The position numbers and the translations under genes were made by a program. A DNA stretch of 64,000 nucleotides from Escherichia phage slur14. A model generated the notes under the pieces. It made no database searches. It was not told the DNA's origin and saw nothing but the letters and a program-made list of their open reading frames with translations. Position 1 is the first letter of the stretch, and the number at the start of each line of letters is the position of its first letter. This document shows, in pieces, positions 51,480 to 60,740 of this stretch. The stretch lies in sequence record NC_028448.1. One strand, written 5' to 3'.

Positions 51480-52405
51480 TTCAATACCTCAATAGCATTA
51501 CGTAAACCATTTGCTTTTGCATTAAGAGCTTTTAACAATTTAGTGTGTTCGGCAATCTGAGCTTCAACTTCAACTAGTCGAGATTTGAGGTATTCACGTT
51601 CTTCGCTCAAGTTATCAATCTTTTCTACTTTAGGCTCTTTTACAACTGTCTTATATGTATTAGGGTTCTTCAGTTTAATTAAAATGCGTGAACTGTATAA
51701 CATTGAACCATTATCTTCGGTTTCGTCATACATTTCTACTACGTCCATGATTTTTAACATCATGCGGAGTTTATAAGATAACGAACGAATAGTTTTGTTG
51801 TGCTTATTAATTTCTCTAGAGTTCATGGTGCCGAGATTACGTGAGTAATAATAAGGAACCTGGATATTAATTAATACTGATGAACCACCTGGCTTGTGTG
51901 TTACTTCATCAGCAATAACCCAATCCTTAACATGAACTGTATTTGTACGGTCATCGCCCGCGGTAAATAGTTTGCGAGCATGCTTAAAAAGCATATTCAC
52001 TTGGTCATTGAATTGACAAGCAAATTTATCAGCAAATTTAGTTTCAGGAATGGTAGATAACCAATCAGCCAAATGGGTCTTTTTAACATCGTTAACAATA
52101 GTAAATTCAACCAAATCAGTTATAGATGTCTCAGATTTAATAAAGCTCGGCTTCATAAAGTTTTTAATGTTATCGCGAGCTACAGTAGAAGATAACATAC
52201 GAGAACGTTTAAACCATTGAAGCAAATTGCCCAACGAATGAGAATAAGCGTTTTGAGTATCTTTACAGATATGATTTTCCTGGCCAACATATTGAAGGAA
52301 ATCACGAAGAATATTATTGATTACTGCTCTGTGTCCGATCTGATAATTACGGTGTTTAGTAATAAGACTGTCAAAATAATCAATATAATGTTTACGAGTT
52401 TTCAT
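51476..52405 (-). CDS. hypothetical protein (309 aa) with C-terminal coiled coil
   Basis: C-terminal [42 protein letters not shown]. Confidence 0.6.
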   Translation of the reverse strand: MKTRKHYIDYFDSLITKHRNYQIGHRAVINNILRDFLQYVGQENHICKDTQNAYSHSLGNLLQWFKRSRMLSSTVARDNIKNFMKPSFIKSETSITDLVEFTIVNDVKKTHLADWLSTIPETKFADKFACQFNDQVNMLFKHARKLFTAGDDRTNTVHVKDWVIADEVTHKPGGSSVLINIQVPYYYSRNLGTMNSREINKHNKTIRSLSYKLRMMLKIMDVVEMYDETEDNGSMLYSSRILIKLKNPNTYKTVVKEPKVEKIDNLSEEREYLKSRLVEVEAQIAEHTKLLKALNAKANGLRNAIEVLK

Positions 52406-52457
52406 GTTCTTCTCACTTGGTTAATGATTTATACTCCGAGCCATCCTTGGCTTTAAA

Positions 52458-53459
52458 TTACTTAATTAACTGTAAAGCTTGTTCCAGACGATCAAGACGA
52501 TTAACAGATTCTTCCCAAATCCTTTTAGCCTGCTCATATTCTTTCTGCGCTTTATTAGAAATTTCTAGAACTTCTTTATAAGCTTTTTCTAGTGCAATAA
52601 CTTCTGGACGAATTTCTACCGGTTCAGGTGAATCGTCAAGACATTCCATTAGTTCCTCAAGGGTAGTTTCTTCTTTAGGAGTATTCACAATTTCATCACA
52701 TTTTTGTTGGTAAATTTCTTTATCAGTAGGTGAATAAGCACATTTCACTTCACGAAGACTAATTACAATTTTATATCCTTCCCAACCGCATATATTCTTA
52801 AAAGGATAAGTATGAATATTTTCTACTGTTTCCATACAAAGTAATGCGGTCTCTAATTGACGAGTTATAGTGCTAGCAATTGAGAAAAATTTATTAATAT
52901 TCTTTTGGTTAGTTTCTGGTGTAAAAAATCCATAATTCACAAAAATAGATACTTTATTTTTATCAAGTTCATATTCTTTTACGATAATCATATCAGAAGC
53001 CAAAGGATGAATTTGACGATAATCGCCATAACATAATTTAGAAGCTGATTTTAGAATCTGTCCTTTGAAAAGTCTGAAATTACTAATCCAACGACGAGTA
53101 AAAATATTCTCAGGGTCTTCTTTATTATTAAGATGATAAGAATTAACATCACCGAACCAATTATATCCTACTACATCTTTAGTTCGTTTAATTTCTTTCC
53201 CAAAATTACCAAGAATATCCCGATTAACCAAATATGAAAGAAGACGAGACTCTTTAAAGGTTTTCTTGATAACATCTTTATCTACACGACTAGAAATTTT
53301 ACGAATTTCATGAATAAATTTAGTAGAAGAAACAATACTTGCATCAACACTATTGAGCCATTGATTGATAATAGAAAGAACGATATTTTGACCAAACATC
53401 GGTATAGCTTTATCATCAATAACGCTATTGAATGATTTGATATATTCGTTACGAGTCAT
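52458..53459 (-). CDS. hypothetical protein (333 aa) with C-terminal coiled coil
   Basis: Track ORF trimmed to MTRNEY with GAGGAG SD; C-terminal LEKAYKEVLEISNKAQKEYEQAKRIWEESVNRLDRLEQALQLIK. Confidence 0.6.
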   Translation of the reverse strand: MTRNEYIKSFNSVIDDKAIPMFGQNIVLSIINQWLNSVDASIVSSTKFIHEIRKISSRVDKDVIKKTFKESRLLSYLVNRDILGNFGKEIKRTKDVVGYNWFGDVNSYHLNNKEDPENIFTRRWISNFRLFKGQILKSASKLCYGDYRQIHPLASDMIIVKEYELDKNKVSIFVNYGFFTPETNQKNINKFFSIASTITRQLETALLCMETVENIHTYPFKNICGWEGYKIVISLREVKCAYSPTDKEIYQQKCDEIVNTPKEETTLEELMECLDDSPEPVEIRPEVIALEKAYKEVLEISNKAQKEYEQAKRIWEESVNRLDRLEQALQLIK

Positions 53460-53484
53460 ATTAATCTCCTCAGTAGAAAGTAAG

Positions 53485-53517
53485 AACATTATACCACATC
53501 CTTGTGGCAAAGTAAAC
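53485..53517 (-). promoter_or_regulatory. early promoter
   Basis: GTTTACTTTGCCACAAGGATGTGGTATAAT; near-copy of the 7424 promoter. Confidence 0.6.
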
Positions 53518-54542
53518 TAGTTCAGTGCATTTAGTGCATTGTTCAGTTTAGAACGTTGCTTTGTCAGATTTTGAACCCTTGACTGAGCTTGTTTTAACAC
53601 CTTTTCAGCTTCTAGCACTTCATTAGTTGCTTTAACGAGTTCATCATCTACTGCCTTAAGAGACTTCTCAATCGCATCCGCGTGCCATTTTTCAACAGGT
53701 TTAAGACTCGGATTTTCAACAGGAAGAAAATTCACTTTATTGAATTTCCATGCATCTTTATTACCTGAACTATACATCCAAAATTTAGGATCGTTTGATA
53801 AGTAATTGGATAAATTTAAATTTAAGTTATCTTGTACTTCCTGCTTTTTCTCTTGCGGGACTTCGTCCTTTCTCAAAAATTCATATTTAAATGAAACGAT
53901 CATATCAAGTTCATATGATGTTGTATCTAACTTAAATCGTTCAAAACGAGGTAAAATCTTAGATTGAACAGCAGCAACAACATCCATATACTTAAATGCT
54001 TCTGTCAACTGTGATTTAAGGCATTCACAAATTGAAAGAGAATTTTTTGTATTAGGTTTAAAGCTAATTCGTGCAGTTCTATTATTTTCTTTTAACGGTC
54101 TTACTTCCATCTGAAGAGTATAACCATCAAATTTCAGGTTCTTTAAGTTAATATCAGAACCTTTTAATCGACTAGCAGTAGACAAAATTTGCTTTAATTG
54201 TTTACGGAATAGAGCAATAAATCTCCATTCAAGACGATAATGATTTGGATTGAAAAATCCAGATGATAAATCAACCTTACTTTGACCAACGCCTTGAACA
54301 AATAGAGGATTTTTATAATCAATAGTTTTACAGAAATCGGTGAGCTGCTCACGAGCAGTCATTTGTGTAATATACCCAGCTTTACTAAAATGACGTAACC
54401 ATTCACTGCTATTCATATACTTAAAGTGAATATCACGATTAACTTTATCAGGGTCTAAATTATTTTGGCACAAAAATGTCATAACATCACGAGTATAGCT
54501 GGCATTACGAACCATATCTTCAATTTGAGAACGAGTTTTCAT
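53517..54542 (-). CDS. hypothetical protein (341 aa) with C-terminal coiled coil
   Basis: C-terminal VDDELVKATNEVLEAEKVLKQAQSRVQNLTKQRSKLNNALNALN. Confidence 0.6.
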   Translation of the reverse strand: MKTRSQIEDMVRNASYTRDVMTFLCQNNLDPDKVNRDIHFKYMNSSEWLRHFSKAGYITQMTAREQLTDFCKTIDYKNPLFVQGVGQSKVDLSSGFFNPNHYRLEWRFIALFRKQLKQILSTASRLKGSDINLKNLKFDGYTLQMEVRPLKENNRTARISFKPNTKNSLSICECLKSQLTEAFKYMDVVAAVQSKILPRFERFKLDTTSYELDMIVSFKYEFLRKDEVPQEKKQEVQDNLNLNLSNYLSNDPKFWMYSSGNKDAWKFNKVNFLPVENPSLKPVEKWHADAIEKSLKAVDDELVKATNEVLEAEKVLKQAQSRVQNLTKQRSKLNNALNALN

Positions 54543-54550
54543 GGTGTTCC

Positions 54551-55453
54551 TTAAGATTTAAGTAAATCAACAATTTTAATTAATTTTTCACGCTCAGATT
54601 TAGCTTTACTACTCAATCCAGATAGTCTGAAAATTTCATCGTCATACTGTTGAATAGAAATATTCAGCTCTTCAATTTGCTTATTAAAATAATCAATTTG
54701 CTCAGAATGTTTTTCATTACTGCGAACTGGTACAGGTTTTGTAGGCAATTTAGTTAAACTGGATTCATCCGGGCGATAAATTAAAATACAACTTGAACCA
54801 ATCGGGCATTTAGCACCAGACACATATTCTAATGTTCCGGCTTCTTTTAAAACTTCAAAAGCTAAACAGAGATGATGCCCCATATTAACATAATCTGTAG
54901 AGCGAGCTCTGACGTAATAATCATCGCCGCGAATACTAAATTTAAAGCATTTAAGGTCTTCTGTATTATTGGTCTTAAAAATCATTTGTTTATCTAGACC
55001 TTTAGCTAATCGAGCGCCTAATGCTAATAATCGTCGTTGATTTTCCCACAAATCTGCGATCATTTGGTCAAATGATAATTTCGGCATTAGTCGACCGTAA
55101 AGATCATAGCCTTTATTATAATTGCGAAGAATTTCACTTGCATTAATACGAGACAATGCTCCAATTTTATTAAGGGCTTTCATAATGCGATTAGATAAAC
55201 CCATTCCAGACCCGTTTGTTCGCTGCAAATGTTTTTCTAATCCAAATCCAATATCAACTTTAAATTTATCTAAAATTTCAGCATGAACATCTCTGTCAAT
55301 AACATTCAAATCCAAAGTTGGGTTAAATCTATGAAAAAATTTATCTGGCTCTCCACGACGAAGTACAGTCCATTCATTTAATTTTTTATTAACTAAAGAT
55401 TTAATTACTGCATTGACATTATTAATTACTACTGACATATTTTCCTCACTCAA
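54551..55453 (-). CDS. hypothetical protein (300 aa) with C-terminal coiled coil
   Basis: C-terminal FNKQIEELNISIQQYDDEIFRLSGLSSKAKSEREKLIKIVDLLKS. Confidence 0.6.
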   Translation of the reverse strand: MSEENMSVVINNVNAVIKSLVNKKLNEWTVLRRGEPDKFFHRFNPTLDLNVIDRDVHAEILDKFKVDIGFGLEKHLQRTNGSGMGLSNRIMKALNKIGALSRINASEILRNYNKGYDLYGRLMPKLSFDQMIADLWENQRRLLALGARLAKGLDKQMIFKTNNTEDLKCFKFSIRGDDYYVRARSTDYVNMGHHLCLAFEVLKEAGTLEYVSGAKCPIGSSCILIYRPDESSLTKLPTKPVPVRSNEKHSEQIDYFNKQIEELNISIQQYDDEIFRLSGLSSKAKSEREKLIKIVDLLKS

Positions 55454-55860
55454 TTTTCAATTTTAATTTTACTAAATACGCAGAATATGATGGAAAAGAC
55501 TATATAAGCACCACACACAGATTGAACTAATACCATTCCAAAGAACCAAACAATATTATCAAACAATGTCTGTTTTACGTCGAAAGGACGTAAACTTACA
55601 GTAATATTATCACCTTTTTCTATTGAAGAATACATCTCTGGGGAAATATATTCGCTAAATCTATAACCGTCTTTGAGTTCATATACGGCAATAAACGATA
55701 AACTAGACCCTTTTCCTTGTGTTCCTGTAATGGTATTAACTACAGTAACATCATAATCTTTATAATGCATATAATCATTAATTGCGTAATAACCATATGC
55801 AACTACTACACATAAACAACATATCAATAAATTCAATCTTTTAATTATCAACTGTTTCAT
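55450..55860 (-). CDS. membrane protein (136 aa)
   Basis: N- and C-terminal TM segments. Confidence 0.55.
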   Translation of the reverse strand: MKQLIIKRLNLLICCLCVVVAYGYYAINDYMHYKDYDVTVVNTITGTQGKGSSLSFIAVYELKDGYRFSEYISPEMYSSIEKGDNITVSLRPFDVKQTLFDNIVWFFGMVLVQSVCGAYIVFSIIFCVFSKIKIEN

Positions 55861-55915
55861 AATAATCTCAATTAAAAGGGCTTAGAACCATTATACCATC
55901 CTTGGTATAAAGCGG

Positions 55916-56443
55916 TTATGCGAGTACCGTCTTTAACCGTTCTTCAAACTTCCGAAGAGTATTTTGGCGTTCAGCTCTTTGCTTTTTGTAAGTTTCAATA
56001 CGCTCTGAAATGAGAGTGTATCGTTCATTTACTGATTCTTTCATAAAATCAGGAATTTCACGAGAAGCTTTAATCTCGTCAAATTTATCAATAACAGCTT
56101 GCTCTTCAGCAATTAAGTTATCATACATTAAAATATCTTTCTTGATGAACTCAATATCTTCTTGAGTTACACGAGATAATTTAGATGCTTTATCCTTTTT
56201 GTACTGTTCGTTAGTATCACGAGACCAGTGCAATGTACGATTTTTATTCGTATTTTTGTAAATTTCTACAATACCGATCTCATCAATAATAACGATCCAA
56301 TTCCAACGGGATTTGTAAATTTGTCCTCCATCAACAGTGATTTCACCTCCGATTGAGATGTCATTAAAGAACTTGCTTTGTGCTTCAGATTTAAATTTAC
56401 CATCGTTGTAATTTACCAAGTTGAAAATATCTTTAGCGTTCAT
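55916..56443 (-). CDS. hypothetical protein (175 aa)
   Basis: Track ORF 55916..56503 trimmed to MNAKDIF; upstream part is promoter cassette read-through. Confidence 0.55.
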   Translation of the reverse strand: MNAKDIFNLVNYNDGKFKSEAQSKFFNDISIGGEITVDGGQIYKSRWNWIVIIDEIGIVEIYKNTNKNRTLHWSRDTNEQYKKDKASKLSRVTQEDIEFIKKDILMYDNLIAEEQAVIDKFDEIKASREIPDFMKESVNERYTLISERIETYKKQRAERQNTLRKFEERLKTVLA

Positions 56444-56449
56444 TTTGTG

Positions 56450-56501
56450 TTCCTCCGTAGTTGATAGTTGTATAGTACCACAGAGGAACGGTCTTGTAAA
56501 C
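56450..56501 (-). promoter_or_regulatory. early promoter cassette
   Basis: Near-identical copy of the 2401 cassette. Confidence 0.6.
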
Positions 56502-56503
56502 AA

Positions 56504-56818
56504 CTAAAAGAAACTTCTTTCACAATTTTTTCCACTGAACCACGCACTCACTGCTTTCTTAGTCTCAGGAGCAGTGTTATCCATAAACCATTCAAAGGCA
56601 GCCTTTTTATGATTCTGGAGGGCTTCTCGGGCTTTAATCTGCTCACGGTCTATTAACACTAACACATGAGCCTTTCTTGTCACCAAGGGCTTCTTATGAT
56701 TCTTGGAGTATTCCCAGTCATTTGTCCAACGCATTGTCGTTGCGAACTGATGAACCGCGTCTTTAATTTTAGTTTCGTAAATTTCACGAGCCTTTGAGTA
56801 TAACATCACTACCTCCAT
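56504..56818 (-). CDS. hypothetical protein (104 aa)
   Basis: ORF track. Confidence 0.5.
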   Translation of the reverse strand: MEVVMLYSKAREIYETKIKDAVHQFATTMRWTNDWEYSKNHKKPLVTRKAHVLVLIDREQIKAREALQNHKKAAFEWFMDNTAPETKKAVSAWFSGKNCERSFF

Positions 56819-56907
56819 TTACCAGTTTAATTCTAATCATCTTTTTGATGGCAGTCCATATAATCTATTTCTGAACTGCCTTTTTGTCATAGAAGTCCTC
56901 TTATGAA

Positions 56908-57876
56908 TTATTTCAGAAGAGTAACCTCAGCGATTTCTTGCCAGCCGTTTTTGTCGGTCATAATAAAGTCAGCAAGATAAAGTGCAGTACGCAGTGAAAC
57001 ATTGCGTAAACGGTTAACATTGACTTTCATCCATGATAATGCTTTATAAGTTTCTTCATCAGAAAGACCGCGCTTTTGCATCATGTCGGTTGAAAGAATA
57101 ACATCTTCAACCCTGACCATAATTTCTTCATTAGTGTGAACACCCAAATCTAAATAAACTGAGCGGGACACTAATGCTTGTAAATGTGGAGCAAGTTTAG
57201 TACCACGGTCTAATTCGCGGTCAATGTCAACGTTTGTGATAAAAACAATCGTTCCTTTAAATTCAAACTCACGCTCAATGCCTTTTTCTTCTAAGTAAGA
57301 AGATGCAGTGCTCCAGCAGACTTTACGGGTCTCTCCGGTGTCCAGAGCGGCTTTTAGAAGATTAAGAATGTCCATATCAGAGAAAACATCCACATCATCA
57401 ATCAAAAGGACAGAATTCTCTTCACGATTATTCCAGAGCTGTTCATAAAGACCAATACCAGAGATTTTACCGTTAATGCTTTTATATTCAATGTATCCAT
57501 TATCATTTGCTTTATTCAAAGCTTTATCTAAAGAATACGTTTTACCAATACCCGCCGCACCAGAGATAATTAATGAACGAATGTTTCCGTTAATAATACC
57601 ATTCGTCATCATTCCCATAACATTAAATCTTTTATTAATGCGGGTTTTCATATCTTCATATGATTCTTTAACTTCTTCAACTTTTACACCATCATATGAA
57701 ATGTCTGATTTGTAAACCCAAACACCGCGACGTTTACCGTCAATTTCAACAAAAACTTTACCATCTCCTTGTGCATCTACCGGAGCATTATCTGGGAACC
57801 ATTCGCCTAAGAGCTCAAAAGTTCCAGAGATTTCTTTACCGAAGTAGATACCCTTATTGATAGTTACAGTTTTCAT
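56908..57876 (-). CDS. AAA+/P-loop ATPase (322 aa)
   Basis: Walker A GAAGIGKT and Walker B LLIDDVD. Confidence 0.65.
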   Translation of the reverse strand: MKTVTINKGIYFGKEISGTFELLGEWFPDNAPVDAQGDGKVFVEIDGKRRGVWVYKSDISYDGVKVEEVKESYEDMKTRINKRFNVMGMMTNGIINGNIRSLIISGAAGIGKTYSLDKALNKANDNGYIEYKSINGKISGIGLYEQLWNNREENSVLLIDDVDVFSDMDILNLLKAALDTGETRKVCWSTASSYLEEKGIEREFEFKGTIVFITNVDIDRELDRGTKLAPHLQALVSRSVYLDLGVHTNEEIMVRVEDVILSTDMMQKRGLSDEETYKALSWMKVNVNRLRNVSLRTALYLADFIMTDKNGWQEIAEVTLLK

Positions 57877-57933
57877 TTTATTCTCCTTTGATTTGATAGG
57901 ACTACTATAACATAGTCCTATCAGTTTGTATAC

Positions 57934-58134
57934 TTATTTTGACATTTCTTCGATGTCACGACGATACCCGTCACGAACTTCACGAAGAGCTTCAAGGCCA
58001 CACATAGGCTCGATACCAGTAATGTGAACTTGATTAATCTGATACTCTACATCTTCTAACTGAGCGAAAACATAACGACGTTCAGCTGCACAACCAGATT
58101 TAGCTTTACCGAAACGTTTATTCAAAGTAGTCAT
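57934..58134 (-). CDS. hypothetical protein (66 aa)
   Basis: ORF track; promoter cassette upstream. Confidence 0.5.
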   Translation of the reverse strand: MTTLNKRFGKAKSGCAAERRYVFAQLEDVEYQINQVHITGIEPMCGLEALREVRDGYRRDIEEMSK

Positions 58135-58159
58135 TTTGTATCTCCAATTTACTCATTTG

Positions 58160-58202
58160 TTTTGATAGGTCTATAGTATCAACAACTACAGACCATGTAA
58201 AC
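58160..58202 (-). promoter_or_regulatory. early promoter
   Basis: GTTTAC ... GATACTATAG on minus strand. Confidence 0.5.
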
Positions 58203-58205
58203 AAT

Positions 58206-58469
58206 TTATTTTAATTTTCGCCAAATTTTTACTGCTTCTCGCCTCGATACTTCTACGGCGCCAAGTTCTATAGCTTTTTGACGACGACTTGCACGTAAGT
58301 CATAATGTTTAATGCGTTTATCTTGAAACCAAGAACGTTTCATTCCTATTGCTTCTGCCATTTCGTGAAGCTCTTCAATATCTCCATCAGTGAACATATG
58401 ACAATTTTTAGTTGGATGACCGCGAAGTTTCCATCCATGATTCATTAAAACATCTACGTAAACTGTCAT
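58206..58469 (-). CDS. hypothetical protein (87 aa), DUF4031-like
   Basis: Pattern MFTDGD..EL...A..IG....WFQ....HYDL...R..AI..GA recalled as DUF4031-like. Confidence 0.45.
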   Translation of the reverse strand: MTVYVDVLMNHGWKLRGHPTKNCHMFTDGDIEELHEMAEAIGMKRSWFQDKRIKHYDLRASRRQKAIELGAVEVSRREAVKIWRKLK

Positions 58470-58615
58470 TGATTCTTCTCCAAATAAGTTTCGATAATTT
58501 TCTGGGCGAGATAAACCGCGTTATCTTCAGTTGCGTCTTCTAAGAAACTTTCAAAACACTCTGAAATTTCTTCTGTATCAATCAACTTTTTTACTTCAAT
58601 TGGTGTAATTTTCAT
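58466..58615 (-). CDS. small acidic protein (49 aa)
   Basis: Manual translation MKITPIEVKKLIDTEEISECF...; ATGA overlap with downstream gene. Confidence 0.35.
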   Translation of the reverse strand: MKITPIEVKKLIDTEEISECFESFLEDATEDNAVYLAQKIIETYLEKNQ

Positions 58616-58639
58616 TTTGTTTTCCGTTTAAGTGTTTGT

Positions 58640-58681
58640 TTTGATAGTTGTATAGTACCATAAAGCTTTATGCTTGTAAAC
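58640..58681 (-). promoter_or_regulatory. early promoter cassette
   Basis: GTTTAC ... TGGTACTATAC with AAAGCTTT palindrome. Confidence 0.55.
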
Positions 58682-58711
58682 AGTTTTGTGAAAAATTTTT
58701 GAAATAAAAAA

Positions 58712-58731
58712 AGGGAGCCTTCGGGCTCCCT
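58712..58731 (-). terminator. intrinsic terminator downstream of nucleotidyltransferase gene
   Basis: Minus strand AGGGAGCC-CGAA-GGCUCCCU followed by UUUUUUU. Confidence 0.65.
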
Positions 58732-58732
58732 A

Positions 58733-59746
58733 TCATTTATAATAGCTTCGGTGGTTTTCAAGATAAACCTTCTCAAGGAAGTCATCCCAGAAACCCATGT
58801 CTACTTTTTGCTGCATACCGTTCTTAGAAGCTTCAGTAGATGCTGCTTCTACTTGATCGACCACATCTTCCAAAAACTCTTGAACTGTTTTAAATGGGTG
58901 TTTACCCAACTTCACGTCGAGAATAAATGGAGCATCTTGGAGTGGATAAACCAAGTCACCAGTTTTGTAAATTTCCAATAGTTGGAGTCCACCACGGCAG
59001 GCATGGCTCAGAGCTTTCCAGTCAATGCCTTCATTGGCTTCGGCCTTACGAGCGCGTTCACCGTATTCAGCATCTAATTTGTTCAGTGACTGCTTAAGCT
59101 CAATAAGAGAAAGCGTTGTCTGATATTTACGACCCAACACAGTGTAGAACGTTTGTGGGCCTGTTTTCTCATGATTATGGAACACCCATTCACAGAATTC
59201 GTTTTCTGGAAGACGATGCTTAATATCTTCAACTTTAGTACGACGCTGCTTAATAGAACCATCTTCTTGGTAATCAATCCATTGCTCAGGGATTTGATTA
59301 ACTACTTTCAATACATCACGTAATGCAGCCAAACGAGAACCCTTGACGCCATATTTAGAAGCTTGCTTACGGACATATCCTAAATAGGATTTCATGTTAG
59401 TCGTATAAAAACGAGAACGGTTGTCTTGAATAAACTTCCACACATCAGGCAAATCAGATTTAACCACTAGTTCAGGTGGAGTGTGAAGCATATCCAATGC
59501 TACGGTTTCACCATCTGCTGCTAATTTAAAGAAATATTTAAGACTGTATAGTTCATGGTCAATATCATCTTTAGTGTTTTTAGATGATGTGTTGTTAGTG
59601 TTTTTACTCATATGCTCTTTAACATTTCCGATAAGAATATCGCGAGCAGGAGGAACAAAGATTTCTTTAAAATCTACATCAGATTCTGGGGTAGAAGTTC
59701 CATAAAGATGACTACCAAAATAGCTTTTCATTACTGTTTTCATCAT
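58733..59746 (-). CDS. Pol-beta-superfamily nucleotidyltransferase (337 aa)
   Basis: N-terminal FGSHLYGTSTPESDVDF fits G[SG]x(9-13)DxD NTase motif; terminator directly downstream. Confidence 0.6.
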   Translation of the reverse strand: MMKTVMKSYFGSHLYGTSTPESDVDFKEIFVPPARDILIGNVKEHMSKNTNNTSSKNTKDDIDHELYSLKYFFKLAADGETVALDMLHTPPELVVKSDLPDVWKFIQDNRSRFYTTNMKSYLGYVRKQASKYGVKGSRLAALRDVLKVVNQIPEQWIDYQEDGSIKQRRTKVEDIKHRLPENEFCEWVFHNHEKTGPQTFYTVLGRKYQTTLSLIELKQSLNKLDAEYGERARKAEANEGIDWKALSHACRGGLQLLEIYKTGDLVYPLQDAPFILDVKLGKHPFKTVQEFLEDVVDQVEAASTEASKNGMQQKVDMGFWDDFLEKVYLENHRSYYK

Positions 59747-60216
59747 TCAGCCTTATATTCAATAACAGGACATACTTTAGCTTTACGAGCTTTTAAAAAT
59801 TCGACGATAATCGATTTCTTAGGTTGAATAGGAGGTAAACCTTTATACGCCCTATCAATATTTTCTACGTGTAAAGCATAATCCTTTTTCCATTTATAAT
59901 CTTTATATTTTTCACGCAGTTGTGCAGGAATAACAAATGAACCGATAATAAGTAAAACAAGCAAAATGGCAAGTATAAATGCTGATGGAATAAGAGTCCA
60001 TAAACTACCAAAAATAAGCCATTTCTGCATGATTTCTGCGCAGATAATAGTTAGACCTACGAGTATAGTACATCCGAAAAAAGAAACGAAAAATGTAGGA
60101 ATAACAATAGACCAAAAATACGCGCACAGTGTCTTAGGTCGTTGCCATTCATCGTTAAACAATTTGAATAATTTATAGTGCCAAGAGTTTTCATTAATAA
60201 TCATAATTATAATCAT
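59743..60216 (-). CDS. membrane protein (157 aa, ~3 TM)
   Basis: Hydrophobic segments; ATGA overlap with nucleotidyltransferase gene. Confidence 0.55.
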   Translation of the reverse strand: MIIIMIINENSWHYKLFKLFNDEWQRPKTLCAYFWSIVIPTFFVSFFGCTILVGLTIICAEIMQKWLIFGSLWTLIPSAFILAILLVLLIIGSFVIPAQLREKYKDYKWKKDYALHVENIDRAYKGLPPIQPKKSIIVEFLKARKAKVCPVIEYKAE

Positions 60217-60734
60217 CCTTTCATTGAAGGCGTAACGGTTGTTAAATACTTAATCATAGCTTCAGCTTCTGATTTTGATAATGAAATTTCTCCATTGTTT
60301 TGACGAATAGAAATAAAATCCGGATGACGGTCACCACCGGCTTTTAAAACACACATATAAGTATCAGTTTCATCTTCAATATTTGAAATGATTGAAGCAG
60401 TTCCACACGAATGTGGTTTTTGATAAATCAATACAGCTTTTCTTCCACCATTTGACTGTTCATAAACTTTTAATACATCAAACAAATCACTTCTTTTATC
60501 AATAGCTAAAATGTTGTTTTCATCTTCAATGTTAAATCCTTCGGATACTTCATAAAGTGTCACCCATAAATCACCTATATCGATAGTAGCATTTTCCTTT
60601 CCATGACTTTCAAGAGCATGACAAATTTTCTTGATTTCGTCATAACTCATTTTAATAATATCATCTCCTTGACTAAGAAAGATGTCATTTTTAAATTCAA
60701 CACGAATTAAACCGCTTCCACTTGAAATAAACAT
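60213..60734 (-). CDS. hypothetical protein (173 aa), paralog of next ORF
   Basis: Shares GFNIEDE and C-terminal EA.A.IKYLTTVTPSM with 60741..61274. Confidence 0.55.
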   Translation of the reverse strand: MFISSGSGLIRVEFKNDIFLSQGDDIIKMSYDEIKKICHALESHGKENATIDIGDLWVTLYEVSEGFNIEDENNILAIDKRSDLFDVLKVYEQSNGGRKAVLIYQKPHSCGTASIISNIEDETDTYMCVLKAGGDRHPDFISIRQNNGEISLSKSEAEAMIKYLTTVTPSMKG

Positions 60735-60740
60735 ATTTCC

